A stretch of DNA of 46,890 nt from contig DATGJK010000304.1 of assembly GCA_035295245.1 (NCBI GenBank), positions 1-46,890 of the forward strand. The letters are read 5' to 3'. This DNA comes from Acidobacteriaceae bacterium (GTDB lineage Bacteria; Acidobacteriota; Terriglobia; Terriglobales; Acidobacteriaceae). This document shows positions 8,604-17,558 of the stretch, one piece after another. The position numbers were made by a program, and so were the translations under genes. Numbering within the stretch: position 1 is the stretch's first letter; every line of letters starts with the position of its first letter. The notes below the pieces were generated by a model that ran no database searches, was not told where the DNA came from, and saw only the letters and a program-made list of their open reading frames with translations.

Positions 8604-10362
8604 CTCCGTGTCGCGCGATGCCGTGCTTTCGCTCTCCGTTCTGGCGCGTGAAAGCTCCGTCGAGAGCGAGCAACAGTCGGAGTTCCGCGTTCTCGTTCGC
8701 CACTTTCTCGACCGCTTCTTCGGTAACGAGTTCGCTTCGGCGGATGGAGATGCAAAGACACGCCTTGTCCAGGTGGCATGCGCCATCGGCATCCCGCCAT
8801 TTGTCCTCTCCCTCTACCTCTACCCGGTCTATCATCTGCCGTCGCATCGAGCGCGGCCCTACTGGGCTCAGGCCGGCGACCACAGCTTCTTCGTTCTCTA
8901 CACCATGGTGGCCCTCGGGCTGGTCGCCATCTTCGAATGGGATCTCCTCTTTCCCGATCTGCTCGACGTCTTTGTGCTGTCGTCGCTGCCGGTTCGCGCC
9001 AGCCGGCTTCTGCTCACGCGCATGACGGCCATCGTCATGCTCATTTGCGCCGCAATCTTCGACGCGAGCTTCCTCGCCCCAGTCGTTTTGCCTGCGGCCA
9101 CCGATCCGCCGCACCTCTTCCGCTTTCTCGCCGCGCACTGCGTCGCCGTCGCATGCAGCGGAGTTTTCGGAGCAACCTCGATCCTCGCGCTCGAAGGCGT
9201 GCTGCTCAGTCTCTTTGGCGACCGCTGGTTCCGGCGGGTTTCGCTCTGGCTGCAGGGCATTCTGGTCGTCGCGCTCCTCATGCTGCTCTTCCTCAATTCC
9301 GTTATCGCGAATGCGCTGGAACCTCTGCTCCGCCTCCCCCTGTCGCGTTTTGTCCCCTGCTTCTGGTTTCTTGGCATCTATCAGCGGATCCTCGACGGGC
9401 CCTCCACCCTGCCGGTTTTCGCCCACCTCGCGCGCATCGGCTTCGCCGCCACGGCCGGAGCAACGGCGCTGGCGGCCATCTCGTATCCTCTGGCCTGGCG
9501 GCGCAGAGCCATCGGCCTGGTTGAGGGAGCCGTCGTGCGCGAACGTCAGCCTCGTCTGGCCTCGCCGTTGCGGCACCTGCTTCACGCTACGGCCTTACGA
9601 ATCCCCGCCAGTCGCGCTGTCTGGCATTTCATCACGCAAAATCTCCTCCGTGTCCCGCGCTATCGCATGGTGCTGGTCTTCTATGGAGGAGCCGGCGTCG
9701 CTCTGGTGCTCGCCGCGGTCCTGCGCGTCAACCTGGGCCACGGGCACTTTCGCTTCGTCTTCTCACCGGCAGGCGTGCGCGCCGCGGTTCCCATCGTGGC
9801 CTTTTGGACCGCTTCAGGCCTCCGCAGTACCTTCCTGGCGCCTGCCGATCAGCGCGGCCGCTGGATCTTTCGCGTGATTACCGGCAAGCCTGGATTTCCG
9901 CACCTGAACGCGACCCGCCGCTGGACCCTGCTCTGGACGCTCCTGCTCACGGGCATAGCGGCCGGGCTCGCATCGCTGGCCCATCCCCACCTCGACGCGT
10001 GGCGGTTCGCCGCCGTGCAGGCGACCACCGCGGCCGCGCTCAGCTTCCTGCTCACGGACGCCTTCTTCCTCCGCGTCGCCACCATCCCGTTCACCGGATC
10101 AAAGAGCAGTTCCGCAACCAATCTGGCCCTGCTGCTGATCCCGTATCTGGGCTTCTTCCCCGGCATCGTCCTCTTCACTATCAGTATGGAACGCTGGATG
10201 GAAGTATCCCCATCGCATCTGCTGCTGGCAGTGGCGAGCGCAATCGTCGCGGATCTCTGTTTGCGAAGCGTGCGTCGAAGCCATATCAAAGACACCCTGC
10301 GGCAGATCCACGCCGATGACGAGGAGGAGGACTTTCCTCTCCGCCTGGGACTTCGTTATTAG
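8581..10362 (+). CDS. Polytopic integral membrane protein (about 10-12 TM), putative partner of the upstream ABC ATPase
   Basis: 593-aa ORF that overlaps the ATPase stop by 23 nt. Many hydrophobic helices. No motif I can assign to a known permease family. Confidence 0.72.
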   Translation: MLPAQRTDSVSRDAVLSLSVLARESSVESEQQSEFRVLVRHFLDRFFGNEFASADGDAKTRLVQVACAIGIPPFVLSLYLYPVYHLPSHRARPYWAQAGDHSFFVLYTMVALGLVAIFEWDLLFPDLLDVFVLSSLPVRASRLLLTRMTAIVMLICAAIFDASFLAPVVLPAATDPPHLFRFLAAHCVAVACSGVFGATSILALEGVLLSLFGDRWFRRVSLWLQGILVVALLMLLFLNSVIANALEPLLRLPLSRFVPCFWFLGIYQRILDGPSTLPVFAHLARIGFAATAGATALAAISYPLAWRRRAIGLVEGAVVRERQPRLASPLRHLLHATALRIPASRAVWHFITQNLLRVPRYRMVLVFYGGAGVALVLAAVLRVNLGHGHFRFVFSPAGVRAAVPIVAFWTASGLRSTFLAPADQRGRWIFRVITGKPGFPHLNATRRWTLLWTLLLTGIAAGLASLAHPHLDAWRFAAVQATTAAALSFLLTDAFFLRVATIPFTGSKSSSATNLALLLIPYLGFFPGIVLFTISMERWMEVSPSHLLLAVASAIVADLCLRSVRRSHIKDTLRQIHADDEEEDFPLRLGLRY

Positions 10363-10420
10363 CCGCTGGCCCCGGTTTCCCCTTGACCACTCCCCCCTGA
10401 ACGGCTCACGCTACTCTGCA

Positions 10421-11848
10421 ATGTTCTTCCGCCAGTACTACCTCGGTTGTCTCGCGCATGCCTCGTATCTGCTCGCTGACGAAGCCAGCCGCACCGCCAT
10501 CGTAGTCGACCCGCAGCGCGACATCGCCCAGTACCTCGCGGACGCGGAAGAGCATGGCTTCGCCATTCGGCACGTTTTCCTCACGCACTTCCATGCCGAC
10601 TTCGTCGCCGGACACCTCGAGCTCCGCGACCGATGCGGCGCGACCATCCATCTCGGCGCGCGAGCGCAGACCGAATACAAATTCGCTCCCATGCGCGACG
10701 GCGACAGCCTCACCTTCCCCGGCCTGCGCATTCAGGTCCTCGAAACGCCCGGCCATACCATCGAGTCCATTTCGCTGCTCGTGTTTGACACTTCCCATGA
10801 CGCCACCCATCCATGGGCGGTGCTGACCGGCGACACGCTCTTCATTGGCGATGTGGGAAGGCCCGATCTGCGCGCATCGCTCGGCTGGTCCGCCGCTGAC
10901 CTTGGCGGACGCCTCTACGACTCGCTCCACGACAAGCTGCTGCCGCTGCCGGACGCAACGCTCATCTATCCGGCGCACGGGGCCGGCTCGCTCTGCGGCA
11001 AGAACATCTCATCGGAGACCGTCTCGACCATGGGCGAGCAGCGCCGCCTCAACTATGCGCTGCGGCCGATGACCCGCGAGCAATTCGTGACCCTGGTGAC
11101 CGCCGACCAGCCCGATGCACCCGCCTATTTCACCTACGACGCCGTCCTGAACACCCGCGAGCGCACCACCCTCGACGCGAACCTCTCGCACGTGCTGCAG
11201 CCCCTTGGCGTCGATGAATTCCTGCGCCTCCGCGAAAACGCGCAGTTGCTCGATGTCCGCCATCCCGACGCCTTTGCCCGCGGACACCTGCGCGGAGCGA
11301 TCAACATCGGCCTCGATGGCCAGTTCGCGTCATGGGCGGGAACCATCCTCTCGCCCCAGCAGCCGATCCTGATCATCGCCGCGCCCGGCCGTGAGTCGGA
11401 AGCCGCACTCCGCCTGGGCCGCATCGGCTTCGACCAGGTGCTCGGCTATCTCGACCGCGGCATGGAAGCCCTGGCCGGCCACCCTGACCTGCTCTCCGAA
11501 ACCGATCGCCGCAGCGTCACGGAAATCGCAGCGGAACTGCACCTGCCCAACGAGCATCTGCAGGAGAGCGCGATCATCGTGGATGTCCGCAGCCCGCGCG
11601 AATACGCCGCCAAACACATCCCCGGTGCGGCCAATTTTCCGCTGAGCCGCCTCCGCGACCAACTCGCCGAAATTCCCGGCGACCGCCGCATCGTCCTGCA
11701 CTGCGCCGGCGGATACCGCTCCTCCATCGCCGCCAGCCTGTTGGCACAGCACGGGATCACGCACGTTATCGAAATGACCGGAGGCCTGGCCGCCTGGGAA
11801 GCCGCGCAGCTGCCCCTTGCCGCCGAAGTCGTTACGACTGCCACCTAA
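10421..11848 (+). CDS. MBL-fold hydrolase (persulfide-dioxygenase-like) fused to two rhodanese domains
   Basis: HxHxDH motif in LTHFHADFVAGH. C-terminal rhodanese active-site loop VLHCAGGYRSS. The first rhodanese copy lacks the Cys. ATG at 10421 (MFFRQYYLGCLAH) is the family-typical start. The track start at 10316 is probably an upstream extension. Confidence 0.88.
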   Translation: MFFRQYYLGCLAHASYLLADEASRTAIVVDPQRDIAQYLADAEEHGFAIRHVFLTHFHADFVAGHLELRDRCGATIHLGARAQTEYKFAPMRDGDSLTFPGLRIQVLETPGHTIESISLLVFDTSHDATHPWAVLTGDTLFIGDVGRPDLRASLGWSAADLGGRLYDSLHDKLLPLPDATLIYPAHGAGSLCGKNISSETVSTMGEQRRLNYALRPMTREQFVTLVTADQPDAPAYFTYDAVLNTRERTTLDANLSHVLQPLGVDEFLRLRENAQLLDVRHPDAFARGHLRGAINIGLDGQFASWAGTILSPQQPILIIAAPGRESEAALRLGRIGFDQVLGYLDRGMEALAGHPDLLSETDRRSVTEIAAELHLPNEHLQESAIIVDVRSPREYAAKHIPGAANFPLSRLRDQLAEIPGDRRIVLHCAGGYRSSIAASLLAQHGITHVIEMTGGLAAWEAAQLPLAAEVVTTAT

Positions 11849-11912
11849 GTTGCAAGCGGAGCCCCCGGAAATCATCTACCCCGGCCTGGCTTTTGCCGCT
11901 AAGCTATCGGCC

Positions 11913-14900
11913 ATGAACCCCCGGCATTCGTGTTTCTTCGCGCTGATCCTCGGCGCGATTTCGGTTGCCTGTCCGGCCCAGTCCATACCCGTCGCGCCCG
12001 TCGCGCCCGCTGCCGTCTCGGCGGACTTCTATCGCAACGAGGCGATCGTCTTCGAGAAATCCGAGACCACCTACCGCATGCGCGCTGACGGCACCGGGGA
12101 ACGCGACGTCCACATCGTCGCCCGCATTCAGTCCCAGGGAGCCGCCCAGCAATTCGGAGTGCTCGCCTTCAGCTACGCATCGGCCTATGAGACGCCCACC
12201 ATCAAGCTGGTTCGCGTCCACAAGAGCGATGGCTCGGTGATCGACACGCCAGCTACCGATGCCATTGAGATGCCAGCGGACGTCAGCCGCCAGGCTCCGC
12301 TCTACAGCGACCTCAAGGAGAAGCACATCCCTGTGCGCTCCCTCTCGCCCGGCGACACGCTTGAGTACGAGGTCGACACCTCGATCGATAAACCGGAAGC
12401 GCCGGGCCAGTTCTGGGGCGCCGATCATTTCACCGCGCCCGGTACAGTCATTGTGCTTTCAGAGGTCCTCCGCCTCGAATTCCCCGCCGACAAATACGTG
12501 CAGGTCTGGAGTCCCAACCACAAACCGATGATCGACGAACGCAACGGCCTGCGCACCTATACCTGGAATGTCGCGCAGCTCGTCACCGCGCCCAAATCGG
12601 CGGGCCATGACGGCGTCAAACCCAACCTGCCCAAAGATCCCGATGAGGACGCCGACAGCCGCAAGCTGCCCTCCGTCGCCTGGACCACCTTTCACAGCTG
12701 GGACGAAGTGGGCGCCTGGTACCGCAGCCTGGCTTCAAAGCGGGCCGAACCCACCGACGCCATCCGCGCTCGCGCCAACGAGCTCACCCTGGCCGCGAAG
12801 ACTCCCGAAGACCAGATCCGCGCCCTCTACGGCTACGTCTCCGCTCATACCCGCTACATCGGCATTGATTTCGGCATCGGACGCTATGAACCGCACACCG
12901 CGGCTGATGTGCTCGCCAATCAGTACGGAGACTGCAAAGACAAGGACACGCTGCTGGAAGCGCTCCTCCGCGCCAAAGGATTCTCCACCGCGCCCGCGCT
13001 CATCGGCGCCGGCATTGCTCCCGTACCCGACGTCCCGTCGCCCGCCGTCTTCAATCACGTCATCACCACGGTGAACCTCCCCGGCGGCCGCATCTGGCTC
13101 GACAGCACGCCGCAGGCCGCGCCCTACCGTTATCTCAGCGCGCTGCTCCGCGACACCAAAGCGCTGGTCGTCGCGCAGGACGGCCCGGCCGCGCTGGTTT
13201 CCACGCCGGCCTCTCCGCCGTGGTCCTTCACCGCGCACTTCGAAGCCAACGCAATTCTCGACACCGAGGGCAAGCTCACTGGCAATATCGCTGCCACCTA
13301 CCACGACGATGACGAGGTACTCGTCCGCGTCCTCGCGCAGAATGTTGCTCCCGCCGAATGGGACAAGGCCTCGCAGCTCATCTCTGCGGCGACCGGCTTT
13401 GGCGGCACCACCAGCAACACCGAGTTCAGCAACGCTGCCGATGCTGCGCAGCCCATCGCCGTGAGCTATCACTACGAGCGGCACCCCTACGGCGACTGGG
13501 ACAACCGCCGCATTGTCCCCCTGCTGCCCATGCCGGAGTTCAGCGCCCTCGACACCGACGCGAGCGCCCCGCAGGAAGACATCCAGCTCGGCGCCATCCG
13601 CACGCTCACGGCCGTCTCGCACATCAAGCTGCCGGACGGTTACCGCACCGACCTGCCCGACCCCGTCCACGTTAAGACGGACTTCGCCACCTTCGATAAG
13701 ACCTATCGCTTCGATGGCCGGACGCTCACCGTCGAGCGCACCATTTCCATTCTGAAAACCAAGGTTCCCAAAGACGACTGGAAGAAGTATCAGGCATTCA
13801 CGAAGGACATCGGGCTCTCCGGCGAGCCGTGGATCACGCTGCTGCCCCCCTCGCCGAAGCTGGCGGCGATGGACACCAGCACGCGGCCGTCTCTCAACGG
13901 CAAGCCGGTGGATACGAAGTCCGTAAAAGAGTCGAAGACGGTTACGATTCCTGTGAAGAACCTGCCAAAGCCAGCACCCTCTGCGGAGCCCACGAGCGCC
14001 GCTGCCACGTCTGAAGGCAGCGCCACGGCTGGCGACTTGCTCCGCACAGCATGGGAACGTCTGCGCTCCGGCGATCTTGAAGGCGCGCGCGAGTCACTCG
14101 ACAAAGCCAAAGCAAAGGATCCCACCGAAGAGAACCTGTGGAGTACGTACGGCGCGATCGCCGCCACCGAGCACGATTACGACGACGCCGTCGCCGATTT
14201 CCGCAAAGAACTTGCAGGCCATCCCGACAATGTGACCGCTGTGATGGCGATGGCTCAGGCGCAGTCGCAGAACAGCGACAGCGTCGGAGCGCGCGCGACG
14301 CTGCAGGACTTCCTGACCGCCCATCCTGACAACCAGCACGTGGCCCAGTTTCTGGCCGCGCTGCAGGAGCATGCCGAGGATTACAAGGCCGCGCTCAGGA
14401 CCCTCGAACCGATCGCCGCGCAGCATCCGGACGATCGAAGCATCCGGCTGCAGCAGGCGGACGTGCTGGTGCGCATGAGCCGCAACGACGAGGCCGCCGC
14501 CGCCGCTGCGAGCGTGCTCGACGGAGCCGACGATCCCGACGTGCTCAATAACGCCGCTTACCTGCTCAGCGAGACCGGGCAAAATCTCTCAGTTGCGGAG
14601 GACGCTTCGCGACGCAGCATCGCGAAACTCGAAGCCGAGTCCGCCGGCATCACCGCCGACCAGGCCAACAGCCGCGCTTTCGCCCAGGCCAACCTGCTCG
14701 TCGCATCATGGGACACGCTGGGCTGGATCCTCTTTAAGGAAGGCAAACTCGACGAGGCCAAACCGCTGCTCTCGGCCGCCTGGCACGCCTCGCTGCGAGC
14801 CGAGGTGGGCAGCCATCTGGCCCAGCTCTACGAAGCCATGGGCAACAAGAATGACGCCCTCTCCACCTGGAACTTTGCCTCCGCCGCGCTTGGGAAAGAT

Positions 14901-15272
14901 GACTCTCCCGAGGTGCGGCAGCAGATCCATGAAGGCATTCGGCGTCTCAGCAGCGCGGCGCAGTCACCCGCGAAGAGCAACCTGCAGGACCTGCGCACCT
15001 GGACCATCAGCCGCCCTGCGGGCGTGAGCGGGTGGGGCACCTACCGCCTGGAGATTACCTCCACCGGCGTCATCGAGGCGCGCCAAATGACGGGAGAGAA
15101 AGGCATCACGGGAGTGGATCCGGAAATCGGCGCCATGAAGTTCCCGGAACTCATCCCCTCGGGATCGAAGGCACACCTGCTCCGCAGCGCGGTGGTCAGT
15201 TGCTCCATGGGCAAGACCTGTCAGGTCGTCCTCGTGCCGGACGGTGGACTGCAGACGGAAGCCGCGCAATAA
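11913..15272 (+). CDS. Large secreted transglutaminase-like (DUF3857/TGase-core type) protein with a C-terminal TPR region
   Basis: Signal peptide MNPRHSCFFALILGAISVACPAQS starting at ATG 11913. TGase-type Cys in QYGDCKDKDTLLEALLRAKG, followed by FNHVITTV and IWLDST (Cys-His-Asp arrangement). TPR-like helical repeats in the last ~400 aa. Confidence 0.82.
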   Translation: MNPRHSCFFALILGAISVACPAQSIPVAPVAPAAVSADFYRNEAIVFEKSETTYRMRADGTGERDVHIVARIQSQGAAQQFGVLAFSYASAYETPTIKLVRVHKSDGSVIDTPATDAIEMPADVSRQAPLYSDLKEKHIPVRSLSPGDTLEYEVDTSIDKPEAPGQFWGADHFTAPGTVIVLSEVLRLEFPADKYVQVWSPNHKPMIDERNGLRTYTWNVAQLVTAPKSAGHDGVKPNLPKDPDEDADSRKLPSVAWTTFHSWDEVGAWYRSLASKRAEPTDAIRARANELTLAAKTPEDQIRALYGYVSAHTRYIGIDFGIGRYEPHTAADVLANQYGDCKDKDTLLEALLRAKGFSTAPALIGAGIAPVPDVPSPAVFNHVITTVNLPGGRIWLDSTPQAAPYRYLSALLRDTKALVVAQDGPAALVSTPASPPWSFTAHFEANAILDTEGKLTGNIAATYHDDDEVLVRVLAQNVAPAEWDKASQLISAATGFGGTTSNTEFSNAADAAQPIAVSYHYERHPYGDWDNRRIVPLLPMPEFSALDTDASAPQEDIQLGAIRTLTAVSHIKLPDGYRTDLPDPVHVKTDFATFDKTYRFDGRTLTVERTISILKTKVPKDDWKKYQAFTKDIGLSGEPWITLLPPSPKLAAMDTSTRPSLNGKPVDTKSVKESKTVTIPVKNLPKPAPSAEPTSAAATSEGSATAGDLLRTAWERLRSGDLEGARESLDKAKAKDPTEENLWSTYGAIAATEHDYDDAVADFRKELAGHPDNVTAVMAMAQAQSQNSDSVGARATLQDFLTAHPDNQHVAQFLAALQEHAEDYKAALRTLEPIAAQHPDDRSIRLQQADVLVRMSRNDEAAAAAASVLDGADDPDVLNNAAYLLSETGQNLSVAEDASRRSIAKLEAESAGITADQANSRAFAQANLLVASWDTLGWILFKEGKLDEAKPLLSAAWHASLRAEVGSHLAQLYEAMGNKNDALSTWNFASAALGKDDSPEVRQQIHEGIRRLSSAAQSPAKSNLQDLRTWTISRPAGVSGWGTYRLEITSTGVIEARQMTGEKGITGVDPEIGAMKFPELIPSGSKAHLLRSAVVSCSMGKTCQVVLVPDGGLQTEAAQ

Positions 15273-15404
15273 CAGCGTGCCGAAAAAATATCCGGGTATC
15301 CGCCAAACGGCTGAATCCAACGCTCTTCGGCAAAAAGATTAACGCTCTGGATATTGCCTTTGTAGTATCCATCTGCACCAAGCCAATATGTCAGATTGTT
15401 ACAG

Positions 15405-15596
15405 ATGTCCACGTTTCGGCGATCCAGCCTGATCCAGGCGCTGCGGCGCACGCTGCGCTCGATTGAGGACCGCGAGAAGCTCACGCCCGAGGACGCGACG
15501 CTGCGGGAACTGAAGCGATCGATCGTGCAGACTCTGGCGGAACTGGACGCCCGTGAGGACGGCGAACATCGCTCTCAGGCGGAAGAGAAGGCTTAA
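15405..15596 (+). CDS. Hypothetical small charged helical protein (63 aa)
   Basis: ATG at 15405. Translation MSTFRRSSLIQALRRTLRSIEDREKLTPEDATLRELKRSIVQTLAELDAREDGEHRSQAEEKA. It lies alone in a 535-bp gap. A hairpin at 15684-15699 lies downstream. Confidence 0.35.
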   Translation: MSTFRRSSLIQALRRTLRSIEDREKLTPEDATLRELKRSIVQTLAELDAREDGEHRSQAEEKA

Positions 15597-15808
15597 ACCG
15601 CCGCGCGTCATTCCATTTCAGTCGAGTCCTCCGGCGACGCCTCTTGCGAGGGTTATTTTTCCGCAACAGGGTTCGATGCCCATCCTGCCCCCGGGCAGGA
15701 ATATCAGCCGTTTACGATCTATTTATGCGCCGGCTCCGTATACTGCAGCTAATTCTCCGGTGAATTGGCTGCGTTCCTACCGGTGCAGGAGATCGCTTCG
15801 CGAGGTTT

Positions 15809-16786
15809 ATGGGTCTTTTTGCCGAAATTGAATCCGGTCAGCAGATTGACCACTACCGCGTCGACGCACCTGTTGCGGAAAGCGGCATGGCGCAGATTTT
15901 TCGCGCCACCGATCTCCGTGACGGGCGCACCGTCGCGCTGAAGATTCCCCACGCCGCCATGGAAGCCGACCCGATGTTCTTCGACCGCTTCAAGCGGGAA
16001 GACGAAATCGGCGCCACCATGGACCATCCCAACGTGATGCGCACCTTCCCGGTCACCGAGCGCTCGCGCGTGTACATGGTGATGGAGTGGGTGCCCGGGC
16101 GCCTGCTCCGCAAGATCCTCGCCGAAGAGGGCAAGCTGCCGCAGGAACGCGCGATTCACATCACCCTGCAGATTCTCGGTGCGCTGCAGTACATCCACAG
16201 CCGTGGCGTGGTTCATCGCGACCTCAAGCCGGAAAACATCATGGTCGACAGCCACGACACCGTGAAGCTGATCGATTTCGGCATTGCCTCCAAGGAAGGC
16301 TCGCGGCGCCTCACCTACGCCGGCTTTTCCCAAACGCTGGGCACACCCGACTACATCTCTCCGGAGCAGGTTAAAGGAAAGCGCGGCGATCAGCGCTCCG
16401 ACATTTACGCCATGGGCGTGATGCTGTACGAAATGCTTACCGGCCGGACTCCCTTCACCGGACCCTCACCGCTGGCGATCATGAATGACCGGCTGATCAA
16501 CCACCCTTATCCGCCGCGCGAGGCCAATCCCGCAATCAGCCCACAGCTGCAGGAAGTGATTTATCGCGCCCTCGAGCGTGACCCGCGCAATCGCTATCCT
16601 GATGCCCACGAGTTCGCGCTCGATCTGCAAAACCTCGATCAGGTCGGCGTTGCCGATCGCGTCGAGCTCACCGACTGGAAGCAGCGCCGCTCCGGCAAAG
16701 CTCGAAAGATCGCCTTCTACACGGCTCTGGCTCTGCTTCCCTTCCTGCTCTTTCTCGCCATGGTGCTGCTCTCGCGCCATCGCTGA
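15809..16786 (+). CDS. Ser/Thr protein kinase (Hanks type), tail-anchored, with no sensor domain
   Basis: VVHRDLKPENIMV, KLIDFGIA, GTPDYISPEQ. A single C-terminal TM (IAFYTALALLPFLLFLAMVLL) ends 5 residues before the stop. Confidence 0.9.
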   Translation: MGLFAEIESGQQIDHYRVDAPVAESGMAQIFRATDLRDGRTVALKIPHAAMEADPMFFDRFKREDEIGATMDHPNVMRTFPVTERSRVYMVMEWVPGRLLRKILAEEGKLPQERAIHITLQILGALQYIHSRGVVHRDLKPENIMVDSHDTVKLIDFGIASKEGSRRLTYAGFSQTLGTPDYISPEQVKGKRGDQRSDIYAMGVMLYEMLTGRTPFTGPSPLAIMNDRLINHPYPPREANPAISPQLQEVIYRALERDPRNRYPDAHEFALDLQNLDQVGVADRVELTDWKQRRSGKARKIAFYTALALLPFLLFLAMVLLSRHR

Positions 16787-16799
16787 CATGGACATCGAA

Positions 16800-17558
16800 C
16801 TAGGTGGGCAGCCACGCATCTCCGGCCGCCGCGCCGTTCGTTCCCCTCGCGAAGGCCACCTCTTCGGCGAATCGATAGCCGACGCACGGATCGGTCAGCA
16901 GGTATCTGGGGTGCGACGGATCCTTCTCGATCTTCTTGCGCAGCTGGCGCACGAAGGTTCGCAGATAATCCACTTCCTGCCGGTACTCGACACCCCAGAC
17001 CGACGTCAGCAGCTTGCCGTAGGTCACTGCGCGGCCGGCATTCCGCATCAGGTACAGCAGAATTTCGTATTCCTTGGGCGTCAGCCGGACCGCCTCGCCC
17101 GCCTTCTTCACGATGCGCCGCGCCGGCAGAATCTCGATATCCCCCACCGCGATCGGCGCATCTTCCGACCGTTCCGGCGTTTTCGAGCGCCGCACCGCCG
17201 CGCGAATGCGCGCGATGCACTCCCGGATGCTGAACGGCTTGGTAATGTAATCGTCCGCGCCTTTCTCCAGCGCCTCCACCTTGTCGTGCTCTTCGTCGCG
17301 CACTGTAAGCATCAGGATGGGCAGCCGCGGCGCCAGAGCGCGCAGCCGGACCAGCGTCTGCATGCCCCCAATGCCGGGCATGTTGATGTCCAGCAGCACC
17401 ACGTCGAACGAGTCCGTCCGCACCAGGTGCAAAGCCTCCTCGCCGCGCGACGCCTCCACCGCCTGGAAGCCGAGTTCCTGCAGCGGCGTCTTCAGCGCGC
17501 GACGGATCGCCGGCTCGTCATCCACCAGCAACACGCGGATGTTCTTCTCCTCGCTCAA
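16800..17558 (-). CDS. OmpR-family response regulator, KdpE-like
   Basis: Receiver domain (VLLVDDE, VLLDINMPG, GADDYITKPF). Winged-helix C-terminus with the KdpE-like string YLRTFVRQLRKKIEKDPSHPRYLLTDPCVGYRF. The TTG start overlaps the kinase stop (TTGA). Confidence 0.88.
   Translation of the reverse strand: MSEEKNIRVLLVDDEPAIRRALKTPLQELGFQAVEASRGEEALHLVRTDSFDVVLLDINMPGIGGMQTLVRLRALAPRLPILMLTVRDEEHDKVEALEKGADDYITKPFSIRECIARIRAAVRRSKTPERSEDAPIAVGDIEILPARRIVKKAGEAVRLTPKEYEILLYLMRNAGRAVTYGKLLTSVWGVEYRQEVDYLRTFVRQLRKKIEKDPSHPRYLLTDPCVGYRFAEEVAFARGTNGAAAGDAWLPT

Noticed and set aside
8566-9585. 339-aa minus-strand ORF
   Set aside because: It lies antisense to the polytopic membrane protein gene. 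Its composition is highly charged (E/R/D/G) and not protein-like.
10316-10420. N-terminal extensions in the ORF track. The same pattern occurs at 11817-11912, 31974-32036, 42921-43034, 44773-44826 and 18707-18859.
   Set aside because: In each case an internal start gives the family-typical N-terminus or a signal peptide, usually with an SD. The extension overlaps the upstream gene or is Arg-rich, so these are open upstream frames rather than coding sequence.
15661-15700. GGTTCGATGCC string resembling a tRNA T-arm. A second case is GTTACGAATCCC near 23062.
   Set aside because: The flanking bases do not form the T-stem, acceptor stem or anticodon arm. No cloverleaf can be drawn, so these are not tRNA genes.
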